NCBI GenBank assembly: GCA_047975765.1
Contig: JBKEEF010000012.1
Location: 84,824 to 148,823, forward strand
From: Alphaproteobacteria bacterium
Lineage (GTDB): Bacteria; Pseudomonadota; Alphaproteobacteria; RF32; CAG-239
DNA: 64,000 nt
Direction of reading: 5' to 3'
The notes below the pieces were generated by a model that was not told the origin of the DNA, searched no databases, and worked only from the letters and a program-made list of their open reading frames with translations. The position numbers were made by a program, and so were the translations under genes. Positions 39,715-48,902 of this stretch are shown here, in pieces (the stretch's first letter is position 1; the number at the start of each line of letters is the position of its first letter).

Positions 39715-39991
39715 TTGTGCATAGTGTTTGATTTTGTTTTCATATACTTTTTTTTCGCTAGCTCCTAGTCCTATTTTTCCATCATATTTTGCTAGCTCAT
39801 CTTTTAATTTTTCTCTTAGTTTATCCTCTTTTGCTTCGACATCGCTAACTTTCTTTTTTTTCGCTCATTTTTATTTTCCTCTTGATACAAATTCAAATTA
39901 AAAAAAATCGCGAATAATATTTCATCAATAGTATATCAAGTGGCAAATCCGGATTGTCACTTCAAGGTTATAAAAATTTTCAAAATAATCA

Positions 39992-40030
39992 TGAAAAAAG
40001 GCTACTGAATTTTCAGTAGCCTTAAAAAAC
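39992..40030 (-). terminator. terminator-like hairpin with T-run on the minus strand
   Basis: Minus strand: AGGCTACTGAAaatTCAGTAGCCttttttt. Confidence 0.45.
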
Positions 40031-40294
40031 TTAAAAAAGTTCCTTATCTAATCTCTTACCGTCTTGTATGATACATAATTTTTTCATTATATGTTCCCTA
40101 ACAGTTACAACTAAATCTATATCAATTTTTATATAGTTTAAATATTTTATTTATTTTTTTACACAGGCAAAAAAGATGCCCCGATACATGAAAAAATCGG
40201 GACATCCATTTAAGGAACTATAATAATTTTGGCAGTTTTACTAAAAATGCACATGACAACATTTTTAAAAAACTCTCGAACATCCAAATTTTTT

Positions 40295-40520
40295 ATTCAA
40301 AAAAAACCCACCAATATCAAGAGGCGGGCGGATGTTCGAAAACCGTATAAAGCTGGACGGCTCGGCTTATTTGGCAAAGCCTTATTCACCGACATCCGCC
40401 CATAAAGACAGAAATCGGCAACTTTTTTTAGGTCGCATGCACAACGACCAGCCTTATTTTAAGGGTTTTCGAAGCCCTGAGCAGAAAAACACTCTGCCTA
40501 GCTGGAAGCATATTTGAATT
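40295..40520 (-). ncRNA. candidate structured small RNA or GC-rich palindromic repeat cluster ending in a rho-independent terminator (identity unknown)
   Basis: Local GC well above the surrounding non-coding DNA. Several stems (GGGCGGAUGU/ACAUCCGCCC, GGUCG/CGACC, CCAGC/GCUGG). Minus-strand terminator CCCGCC-loop-GGUGGG followed by U8 at about 40295-40325. Confidence 0.3.
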
Positions 40521-40676
40521 TCACCTATTTTACAAGCACTTATTTATATATTTCATTTCTTGTGTGCTTTCTTAAAAAGTTGCGATAATTCATCATAACC
40601 CAAAGCTATCCTTCTATGGTATCTAGCAAAGAGAGTTAGTTATTTTGAATATACTACCTAAAAGAATATATACCTA

Positions 40677-43022
40677 TTAGTCTATAAGTTTGATCTTTAT
40701 AATAGATTTTGCACTACGCCCAAGATTGTCGGTCGCTATAATTTCAATTTCACCAACTTCTGTTTTCATTTCTAATGTTTCTTCTGCTTTGCTACTTCCA
40801 ATAAGCTTTCCATTAGCATACCAAAAAAGCGTGGTCGCATCTGAATCCATACTTCCTTTAAGAATAATTTTTTCGTCAGCCAATTGATGAGAACGGACAA
40901 TATAGGTGCTTTCATTGGTTGGATATTGAATGATAGGAGGCTTTCCCTGATTGAAGATACCAATTTCATCACAGTCTTCAAGAAAATCTGGCGGTCCTTT
41001 TTTGCTAATACCTGCCTGTTCATAAATTTTCAAAACATTTGAAGGCCAGAAATTATAAGTTTCCATTCTAGTCGTTGGTGGAGTGTGTTTACACGCTCTT
41101 TTGCCTGTGGCAATATCCACAGGAATTTGCCTTGTGATATTTGAGAGCTTTATACTTGTGACACCAGAAATGAAATATGACTTTTTAGTGTTTTTGCAAT
41201 TTCCATTATCTATATCTCCCGTTTCTGTACAAACATCAACTTTAGAGAGCTTTAAACCATAAGGCTTAATATCTTCTAGTTTTTGAGTTTTTCCAAGCAT
41301 TCTAACAATTCTAAAGAACAATGGAGCAGCAGCTGTTCTGCCCACAAAATGATTATTCGAAGTGCTGTCAAAATTTCCAACCCAAACCACAATCACATAA
41401 TCTCCAGCAATACCTGCTGTCCAAGCATCTTTATAACCATAAGAAGTTCCAGTTTTCCAATAAACTAAATATTCTTTGGCTCTTGCCTTAGCAAACTGCA
41501 CTTTAACTCTGTCTGGTTCAGGTGCTTTTGAAAGCATATCTAGCGTCATAAAAGAAGCCTCAGAAGAAAGAAGTTGTTGTGGTTCGCAGGTCGGACTACC
41601 TTTCACAAAATTCAAATCACAACTTTTTCCCAAATTTGCTAAAGTAGAAAAGGTTTTAGCAATATCTAATGGGGAAAGCTCAAAAGCACCAAGTGCCAAT
41701 CCAAGCCCATAATAATCAGGACTTTTCATATTTTGAACACCACTTTTTTGCAAAAACTTATAAAATGAATCTTTTTCAATTTGACTCATCAAATCAATAA
41801 CTGGTAAATTTCGACTCAAATTGAGTGCTGATGTTGCATTAACCAGACCAAGATATCCTCTATCGAAGTTTTCTGGCGTGTAAAAGCTATAGTTTTTAGG
41901 CACATCTTTGAGCATTGACATTGGATGAATGATACCTTGTTGCAAAGCCAGTGCGTAGATAAAAGGTTTCAATGTTGAACCTGGCGAACGATAAGCTCTA
42001 AGACCATCCACCTGCCCTTGTATTTGAGCATTCCAAAAATCCTTAGATCCAACATAAGCCAAAATTTCATTCGTTTTATGATTCATAATGACTGCTGCAG
42101 CATTATAAACTCCTTTGGTTTCGTTTTGTTCAACATATTTCACCAAAATTTCTTCAAGAGAATTTTGCAAACCTAAATCCAAAGTTGAAAAAATTTCTCC
42201 ATAATATTGATTTTGTAAATTTCTAACAAAATGAGGCGCAAAGCTTGGAATTTTCTTTTGGGCAAATAAAGGTAAATTGAGATTATTTTTCTCCTTGTCA
42301 CCAAACTTCAAAAACCATATTTCTTTCAACCTTGAAACAGCTTTCACAACTTCTTCAACGCCTTTTTTTCTACCTAAATTTCTTTTGCTAGGATTTTGTG
42401 GAATAACAGCTAATGACATTGATTGTTGCAAATTGAGGTTCTGAGCTCTTGTATCAAAATAGATAATGCTTGCGGCTCCAATTCCTTCAATATTTCCGCC
42501 ATAAGGAGCTAAATTAAAATAAGCTTCAAGAATATCTTTTTTAGAATAGAACATTTCAATTTGAACCGCTCTCAAAATTTGTTCAATTTTTCCAAAAATG
42601 GTGGTGCTATCAATATGATAAACAATTCTTGCAAGTTGCATAGTAATTGTTGAAGCCCCTTGAACACGGCTTCCTTTCGCCATATCAAAAACAGCTCTGA
42701 AAATACTTAAAGGATTAAATCCTGCATGAGCATAAAACCAATTATCCTCATAAAGAATCAATGCGTTCTGTAAATCTGCGGGGATTTCTTCGATTGGAAC
42801 AAAGAGACGATATTTATCGTCTAGACTTAAGCCAATTTTTAAAAGCTTATTATTTCGATCATAAACAGCAGAAGAATAGCTATATTTTTCAAGAAGTCGA
42901 GGCTTAGGAAGAACAATGTATAGCAATGCAAAACCCATTGCTATACATAGAACTATCCTAAAAAACTTATTCTTGAACAGTGAAAGTGCTTGCTTTCGTA
43001 TTCGCTCTAACATCTGTGTCAT
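40677..43022 (-). CDS. pbpC: penicillin-binding protein 1C (transglycosylase plus transpeptidase, PbpC)
   Basis: 781 aa. GT51 motifs EDNWFYAHAGFNP and GASTITMQLAR. Transpeptidase SxxK (SPGSTLKP), KTG (WKTGTSYG). C-terminal PbpC-specific domain. Overlaps the A2M gene by 56 nt. Confidence 0.9.
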   Translation of the reverse strand: MTQMLERIRKQALSLFKNKFFRIVLCIAMGFALLYIVLPKPRLLEKYSYSSAVYDRNNKLLKIGLSLDDKYRLFVPIEEIPADLQNALILYEDNWFYAHAGFNPLSIFRAVFDMAKGSRVQGASTITMQLARIVYHIDSTTIFGKIEQILRAVQIEMFYSKKDILEAYFNLAPYGGNIEGIGAASIIYFDTRAQNLNLQQSMSLAVIPQNPSKRNLGRKKGVEEVVKAVSRLKEIWFLKFGDKEKNNLNLPLFAQKKIPSFAPHFVRNLQNQYYGEIFSTLDLGLQNSLEEILVKYVEQNETKGVYNAAAVIMNHKTNEILAYVGSKDFWNAQIQGQVDGLRAYRSPGSTLKPFIYALALQQGIIHPMSMLKDVPKNYSFYTPENFDRGYLGLVNATSALNLSRNLPVIDLMSQIEKDSFYKFLQKSGVQNMKSPDYYGLGLALGAFELSPLDIAKTFSTLANLGKSCDLNFVKGSPTCEPQQLLSSEASFMTLDMLSKAPEPDRVKVQFAKARAKEYLVYWKTGTSYGYKDAWTAGIAGDYVIVVWVGNFDSTSNNHFVGRTAAAPLFFRIVRMLGKTQKLEDIKPYGLKLSKVDVCTETGDIDNGNCKNTKKSYFISGVTSIKLSNITRQIPVDIATGKRACKHTPPTTRMETYNFWPSNVLKIYEQAGISKKGPPDFLEDCDEIGIFNQGKPPIIQYPTNESTYIVRSHQLADEKIILKGSMDSDATTLFWYANGKLIGSSKAEETLEMKTEVGEIEIIATDNLGRSAKSIIKIKLID

Positions 43023-46000
43023 ATAATGCCTCTACATAAGTCGCCGGTGCAACAAATTTTCCTTTTGCAATGACTTTAACATTATATGTTGCTTCACTCA
43101 TTTCGCTTGAAGCTGTCACATAGATTAAAGCTCTGTCTTCTCTCTCTTCTTTATAGTCAAGTGAAGCATTGGTTTCAATAGAGCCACTTTCAATTTCAAA
43201 GCATCCTGGCATCAAATCAACAATTGCCACATCGTTAATATAATCTCTGCCACCTGTTGCTTTGAATCTGATGCGAACAGTTAACTTGTCACCAACATTT
43301 GCTTTAGAAACAGCTGAGCCTTTCTCATTGATATATTCTTTGGTCACTTCAATGAAATTACTTGCTGCTTTTTGAGCACTTTCTTTAGCAAAACCTTGTT
43401 CTTCAATCACATAGAAGAAAGGATTTGGAGAAATTGCTTCAAATGTTTTGTCTTCACTAGAAAGCTCTGTTCTTGCAAAAGTTTTATATGTTGAAGATTT
43501 TCCAACAAAATCAATTTTTTTATCTGCTTTTTTATCAAACTTATAATTGCTCAATGCTAATAGTGAGAAAGCTGCTGAATTTGTATTATATCTTTGTTCT
43601 TTAAGCGGTTTCAACAAAGTTTTCACAGCTGTTGCATCAATTTCAGCCAAATCTTCAGGGAAATATTTAGACATCAAATCAATATACATTGCATTTGTTG
43701 TATCTCCGTTGTCTTTGAACTTATATGCTCCGATTAAGCCTCGTGCTTTTGGTTCATTTTTCAACATTTGATAACTTGCTGCCATGTATGTTGCACTGAT
43801 TTTAGATTTCCAGTCATCTTTAGAACTCACTGCAAATTTGAGCGCATCTTTCCAATTATCACCTTTTGGTTTGTTCAACTCTTCATAATATTTCTCAATA
43901 TTAATCAAATAGTTTGTTGTAACTTCACCATTTTTAGTGAGAAGATAAATTGCATAAGCAACTTTTGTATCTCCCAAACCATTAGGATCTCTTCCTGCAA
44001 CTGATTTTGCATAAGTGATTGACTTATTCAAAAGTGAATTCGGAACATTAAAGCCTTTGTTTTTAGCAAACAACATAAAGTCTAGTGCATAAAGAGAAGC
44101 ATATTCATCAACTGAAGACCAACTTCCGCTCCAAGCTGAGAAACCACCATTAGACTTTTGACGTTCCATCAATTTTGAGATGGTATCATCATACAAAGCA
44201 TAGACATCAATCCCCTTAACCAATTCTGGATATTTGAAGAAAATGTCCATAGTTGGATAAATTTTACTGATAGTTTGCTCTGTGCAAGCATGAGGGAACT
44301 TATCCAAGAATGCAATAAGACCTTCGCTCAACACAAGTGGAGAAGTTGAAGCAATTGCTTCTTGATTGCGATATTCCTCAAACATTGGTGTCACAAAGTT
44401 TTTCAATTTCAATTTTGAAGGCTCATATCCCATCATAAGTTTTGTGATATATGGACTAGATGGTCTGACTCCAATATGATATGGCATTTCAAAGTTCTTG
44501 GACGCATCACTCACTGCCTCAACCTTGTATGTAAGTGTTGATGAACCAAGCTGTTCTAGTGCCTTGATTTGGTATTTCACACTTTTTTCACCATTTTCAT
44601 CAATTCTAAGGGTCTGAACTTTTTCACCAGCAACTTCAAGCCCACCTTCAATATCCAAAGTTACTTTAACTTCATAACCTTTACCTGAATTTTCAACCAA
44701 GTTAGCAATACTCACGCCCACTTCAAATTCATCTTTAGGTGAAACATTAAATGGACCACTTGGAACCAAAGCAAAATCTCCACGAATATAAGTCGATTTC
44801 TGAGCACTTCCCATAGCTTCTTCGGAAACAGCAACCGCCATCACACGAATTTGACCATTGAAGATTGCTGGAACCTTATATTTATATTCCTGAACATCTG
44901 TGGATGTATCGATAACTCCACTCCAGAAAGCCACAACTTCATTCTGCTTTCTAGCGAATGGATTTTGCTGAGCCAAGAGTTCATCTGCTGAATATTCATC
45001 ATCACCACCCGTTGCCTTATAAAGTTGTAGTAACTTCATATCTGGCATAATCAAATCCATAATTTGAGAACTTGAAACACGTAAAGCCTTTTTCTTGATG
45101 AACTCTGACAAAGGATCTGGTGTTTGATATTTTGCCACCTGCAAAATGCCTTCATTCACACCATAGACAATGATTTTTCCTGCCTTTGCAGTCTTATATT
45201 TAACAACCAATTCATCTCCTGGTTTGACAACTTCAGGAACATCAAGCTCAATTTTGATGTCTCTTTTGTCCTTATTAATTTCAAAAGGAACAACGGAATA
45301 TGCCAAAGGAGACATAAAGATTTCTCTTGAATTTGCATCTCTGACAAAAGCTACATTGATATAAGCATTTCCTTCAACAGTATAAGGTAAGCGAATTTCT
45401 TCTGTTGTTGTTTTGCTTGATGTCTTAAACCATTTATAGCTATATACTTCATCTCTTTCAATTGTAATCAAGCCATAACCTTCGTATGGAGCAACAATTT
45501 TCATCGAAATCATATCGCCATTATTATATTGTTTTTTATCTAAAGTAACTTTCAAGTTTGCGTCTTTATCAAGCATAAAGTCTGTGTTTCCACCACCTGC
45601 AATATCATAGGAGACTTTTGAAAGCACAACACCTTCCTTATCTGCAATTTCAACATAAAACTTACCAGATGTTTTTGTGTCAATCACATAGTTATTGCCT
45701 GTTGCAGGAATAGAAATTTTGCTTGTATTCAATACATCTTCTTTTTCAATTTGCATATATTTATAAGTTCCGTTTGGCATTTCGACCAAGCTTGGAACAT
45801 ATTTAATTTGAACCAATTTCAAAGATAAATCTTCTTTGGCAATTTTATTCAAATTGTTATCAATCGCAATAAAATTGATGCTTCTTTCAGCATTTTTAGA
45901 AATATTATATAAAGCTCCATCTCCCTTATATCCAACAATATAAGTTGCTGGAGAAACAAGAGCCGATTCAGATGTATAAACGCTACGTCCACCTTCAAGT

Positions 46001-48642
46001 TCAAAGCCTTCAACATTTAGTGTAAAATTATATGTTCCACGAGAAAACTTATCCAAATCCACTTTGAATTCTGTTTTTCCTTCTTTATCTGTTGTTTGCT
46101 CAGAAAGAACCTCATTATAATATCTTGTTGCACCAGAAATTTTTGGATCTTTGAAATTATATCCTTTAAATTCTTGGAAAGAAAAACTTGCTGGATACAA
46201 ATTGAAGTTTGCCTTTACATTATGGTCAATAGAAGGGTTTCCATAAAGGTTTTGTAACAATACATTACCTTTAATTTCTTTTTCAATGTACCAACCTTTT
46301 TTCTTAACACCTTCAAGTGCTAATTTGATTTTCATTGTATCTGGCTGAAATTCTTCAACTCTGAAACTCACATCTGTAAGATAGTTTTTGTAGCTTCCAC
46401 TCACATCATGAACGGTCAAGCGATAATCGCCAATTTTTGCTGATGCAGGAATTTTATATTCATAATCAGCAAAGCCAAACTCGTCTGTGATAATTTTTTT
46501 GGAAGCAACCTCATCTCCTTGAGAGTTCATCACACTCACAGATAGAGGGAATTTCTTTGGTGCTAAAAGATCAACATTTCGAAGCATAACACCAAATGAA
46601 GCTTTTTCATTAGGTCTGTAAATTCCACGATCTGAAAAACCATAGGCTTTCATTTCTTTTTTATTGGTACTGTCATAAACACCACCGACATCAAACGTAG
46701 ATAAATCAAGTTTTCTATCACCTCTATTCACAGGCATAAAAGAAATATCACTTCCCTTAGTCACAACATAAACTGTTGGAGATTTCTCTGCTCTAAAATC
46801 ATCAAAATTTGGAATTTTTGCCATTCCTGCAGAATTTGTATAAGCAGTTAAAATAGCCACACCATTTTTGCCAAGCACTTCAACTTTTGCATCAGCAACA
46901 GGGCGTCCTTCAGAAAAACTTGAAATGAAGACATCATGAGATTTGTTCAAATTATCTTTGACCATAATTGCTAAATCTGTAATCACAATCAGTCTTCTAT
47001 CTTCTGATGTATTATAAGAATTTTGATAATTTCCTCTCACTTTAACAATGAATGTTCCACGTTTAGACTTGAAATATTCATTCAAGTTAACTGAAGAATA
47101 ATCTTGTTTTGCAGGATGTTGCGTATTGATTGTGAGTTTTTTTCTAAAGATTTCAGAAATATTTTCTTCTGTAAAATTATAATTTCTGAAATATGGATTG
47201 GTAAAATCACCTGATGTTTGACTAATAAGGTGATTCAAATCATTGCTTTCAATTCTTGCTACTTCAACATTAATTGTGTCAATTCCTTGTGAAGAAAGCG
47301 TCAAAGTCTTATCACCATTCAATGAAAGGATTGAACCTTGAAAAGCAATGCTCGCTTCCATTGGATAGTTTGAAGAACTTGTCATTCTTATCTGATCATC
47401 TGAGAAAATAAATCCATCAACAGAGCCTAACCCTTTTTTGATATATGTGATGACACAAGCATTTCTTTTCGGAATATCATATTTAAACATATGAACCTTA
47501 CCAGCTTCTGTTGCCAAAGGAACAACATCAAGAGATGTTACACCAGCCACACTAGATGGTAGACCAGCTTTCTTGACCTTAGATTCAATTTTACTGCAAT
47601 AGTCATTATATTGGTAGAAATTTACATATTGTGAAAATTCTTTTGGATCAACAGATGTTGAAAAACTAACAAATAAAACTTGCTCTGGCTCATTATTTTT
47701 TAGTTCGTTTCTAATAATTTGACTTGAAACCGAATTGAGCTTGAAGAAAGTTGATGAACTTGGAATTTTCACTTTTACTTTCACACTGTCTTTGATTTTT
47801 TCTTGATTATATGCATTTTTAACACCAGAAAGCATAATTTCTGCAAAATCTTCGTCTTTTTTAATTTTTACAGGAGAAGATAAAACATGAAGTTTGCTAT
47901 TATTGTTTTCTAGTTTGTAAGTGAAGTCATATTTATCTCCACTATGTGTTTTGATTGAGATACTATCTTTGACAGATTCAACATCGACAGGATAGTTGAA
48001 ACTGAATGTTGCAACAACTTGTTTGATTTTAACATCACGAGGATCTTCATAAAATTCTGAACTTTGTGATCTTGCTACGAAGTTTGGAGAACTGAAAGAA
48101 AATTCTTTAGCACCTTTTTTAACTTCAACATTTGGACTGAAAATATCATCGCTCAATGAGACAGAATATTTTGTGTTAGGAATCCAATCTTTCTCAGGAG
48201 TAAAAGCCAAATTCCTATCGTCAATCCAACGCCATTCACCACGAATATCAGGAAAGATTGTCGCCCCTTGTGATACAACATTATAAACAAGTTCTGATTT
48301 TGCAACGGAATATGGAAAAGAAATTTTTACAAAGTTTGGAGTGACTTTTGAAGATGAGATATATGAATTATCAGGTTCTCTTACATAACCATAATCAATG
48401 ACTGTTTTTTCAGCTGTTTCTGAAACCATATAGGCTTTTGGAGAAAGGAGATAATAAACAATTCCTGTGATCGCTACAACCAAAAAGATAAAAATCGACA
48501 AGATTTTCTTTTTGTGGTTCAAGAAAATTCCCTTAAAATCGGATTTAAAGAAATGAACTAAATTAACTTTAGAAAATAACATACTAAAAAATGTTTTAAT
48601 CTTATTTGTAGAAACAGGTTTACTCATCAGAATCTTCTCCAT
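42967..48642 (-). CDS. alpha-2-macroglobulin family protein (YfhM-like), membrane-anchored
   Basis: 1891 aa. N-terminal TM anchor. Intact thioester motif CTEQ (PHACTEQTISKIYP). Conserved genomic pairing with pbpC. Confidence 0.9.
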   Translation of the reverse strand: MEKILMSKPVSTNKIKTFFSMLFSKVNLVHFFKSDFKGIFLNHKKKILSIFIFLVVAITGIVYYLLSPKAYMVSETAEKTVIDYGYVREPDNSYISSSKVTPNFVKISFPYSVAKSELVYNVVSQGATIFPDIRGEWRWIDDRNLAFTPEKDWIPNTKYSVSLSDDIFSPNVEVKKGAKEFSFSSPNFVARSQSSEFYEDPRDVKIKQVVATFSFNYPVDVESVKDSISIKTHSGDKYDFTYKLENNNSKLHVLSSPVKIKKDEDFAEIMLSGVKNAYNQEKIKDSVKVKVKIPSSSTFFKLNSVSSQIIRNELKNNEPEQVLFVSFSTSVDPKEFSQYVNFYQYNDYCSKIESKVKKAGLPSSVAGVTSLDVVPLATEAGKVHMFKYDIPKRNACVITYIKKGLGSVDGFIFSDDQIRMTSSSNYPMEASIAFQGSILSLNGDKTLTLSSQGIDTINVEVARIESNDLNHLISQTSGDFTNPYFRNYNFTEENISEIFRKKLTINTQHPAKQDYSSVNLNEYFKSKRGTFIVKVRGNYQNSYNTSEDRRLIVITDLAIMVKDNLNKSHDVFISSFSEGRPVADAKVEVLGKNGVAILTAYTNSAGMAKIPNFDDFRAEKSPTVYVVTKGSDISFMPVNRGDRKLDLSTFDVGGVYDSTNKKEMKAYGFSDRGIYRPNEKASFGVMLRNVDLLAPKKFPLSVSVMNSQGDEVASKKIITDEFGFADYEYKIPASAKIGDYRLTVHDVSGSYKNYLTDVSFRVEEFQPDTMKIKLALEGVKKKGWYIEKEIKGNVLLQNLYGNPSIDHNVKANFNLYPASFSFQEFKGYNFKDPKISGATRYYNEVLSEQTTDKEGKTEFKVDLDKFSRGTYNFTLNVEGFELEGGRSVYTSESALVSPATYIVGYKGDGALYNISKNAERSINFIAIDNNLNKIAKEDLSLKLVQIKYVPSLVEMPNGTYKYMQIEKEDVLNTSKISIPATGNNYVIDTKTSGKFYVEIADKEGVVLSKVSYDIAGGGNTDFMLDKDANLKVTLDKKQYNNGDMISMKIVAPYEGYGLITIERDEVYSYKWFKTSSKTTTEEIRLPYTVEGNAYINVAFVRDANSREIFMSPLAYSVVPFEINKDKRDIKIELDVPEVVKPGDELVVKYKTAKAGKIIVYGVNEGILQVAKYQTPDPLSEFIKKKALRVSSSQIMDLIMPDMKLLQLYKATGGDDEYSADELLAQQNPFARKQNEVVAFWSGVIDTSTDVQEYKYKVPAIFNGQIRVMAVAVSEEAMGSAQKSTYIRGDFALVPSGPFNVSPKDEFEVGVSIANLVENSGKGYEVKVTLDIEGGLEVAGEKVQTLRIDENGEKSVKYQIKALEQLGSSTLTYKVEAVSDASKNFEMPYHIGVRPSSPYITKLMMGYEPSKLKLKNFVTPMFEEYRNQEAIASTSPLVLSEGLIAFLDKFPHACTEQTISKIYPTMDIFFKYPELVKGIDVYALYDDTISKLMERQKSNGGFSAWSGSWSSVDEYASLYALDFMLFAKNKGFNVPNSLLNKSITYAKSVAGRDPNGLGDTKVAYAIYLLTKNGEVTTNYLINIEKYYEELNKPKGDNWKDALKFAVSSKDDWKSKISATYMAASYQMLKNEPKARGLIGAYKFKDNGDTTNAMYIDLMSKYFPEDLAEIDATAVKTLLKPLKEQRYNTNSAAFSLLALSNYKFDKKADKKIDFVGKSSTYKTFARTELSSEDKTFEAISPNPFFYVIEEQGFAKESAQKAASNFIEVTKEYINEKGSAVSKANVGDKLTVRIRFKATGGRDYINDVAIVDLMPGCFEIESGSIETNASLDYKEEREDRALIYVTASSEMSEATYNVKVIAKGKFVAPATYVEALYDTDVRANTKASTFTVQE

Positions 48643-48710
48643 ACTAAAAAATTATGGCGAATCATACCAAATTAGGTTGTAAAAATAAATCTCAGATATC
48701 CTAACTTTAG

Positions 48711-48902
48711 TTAGTATTCTTCGTCAGAATAAGTAAGCGCTTTTTCTAATTCTTCAACTTGAGTATCATCAAGTTCGACCGCAGGAACAGCATATTTTTC
48801 ACCAAACCAATTTCCAAGATCTATATCGGCACATCTTTTTGAGCAAAAAGGTTTATATTTTTCTTCAGAAAGCTCTTTACTGCAAATTGGACATCTACTC
48901 AT
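48711..48902 (-). CDS. yacG: DNA gyrase inhibitor YacG (zinc-binding)
   Basis: 63 aa. CPIC(x16)C..RC zinc ribbon, matching the YacG signature. Start overlaps the rng stop. Confidence 0.8.
   Translation of the reverse strand: MSRCPICSKELSEEKYKPFCSKRCADIDLGNWFGEKYAVPAVELDDTQVEELEKALTYSDEEY

Noticed and set aside
40276-40339. 10-bp inverted repeat TCGAACATCC/GGATGTTCGA as IS terminal inverted repeats
   Set aside because: Arms are only 44 bp apart with a terminator hairpin between them and no transposase ORF. More consistent with RNA secondary structure or a REP-like palindrome.
40332-40517. 61-aa ORF (MFENRIKLDG...) with a plausible GAGG-7nt-ATG start
   Set aside because: GC-rich codon usage unlike all confident genes. 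The translation is low-complexity with no hydrophobic core. The region is dominated by stable inverted repeats and terminator hairpins, so it is better explained as structured RNA or a repeat element.
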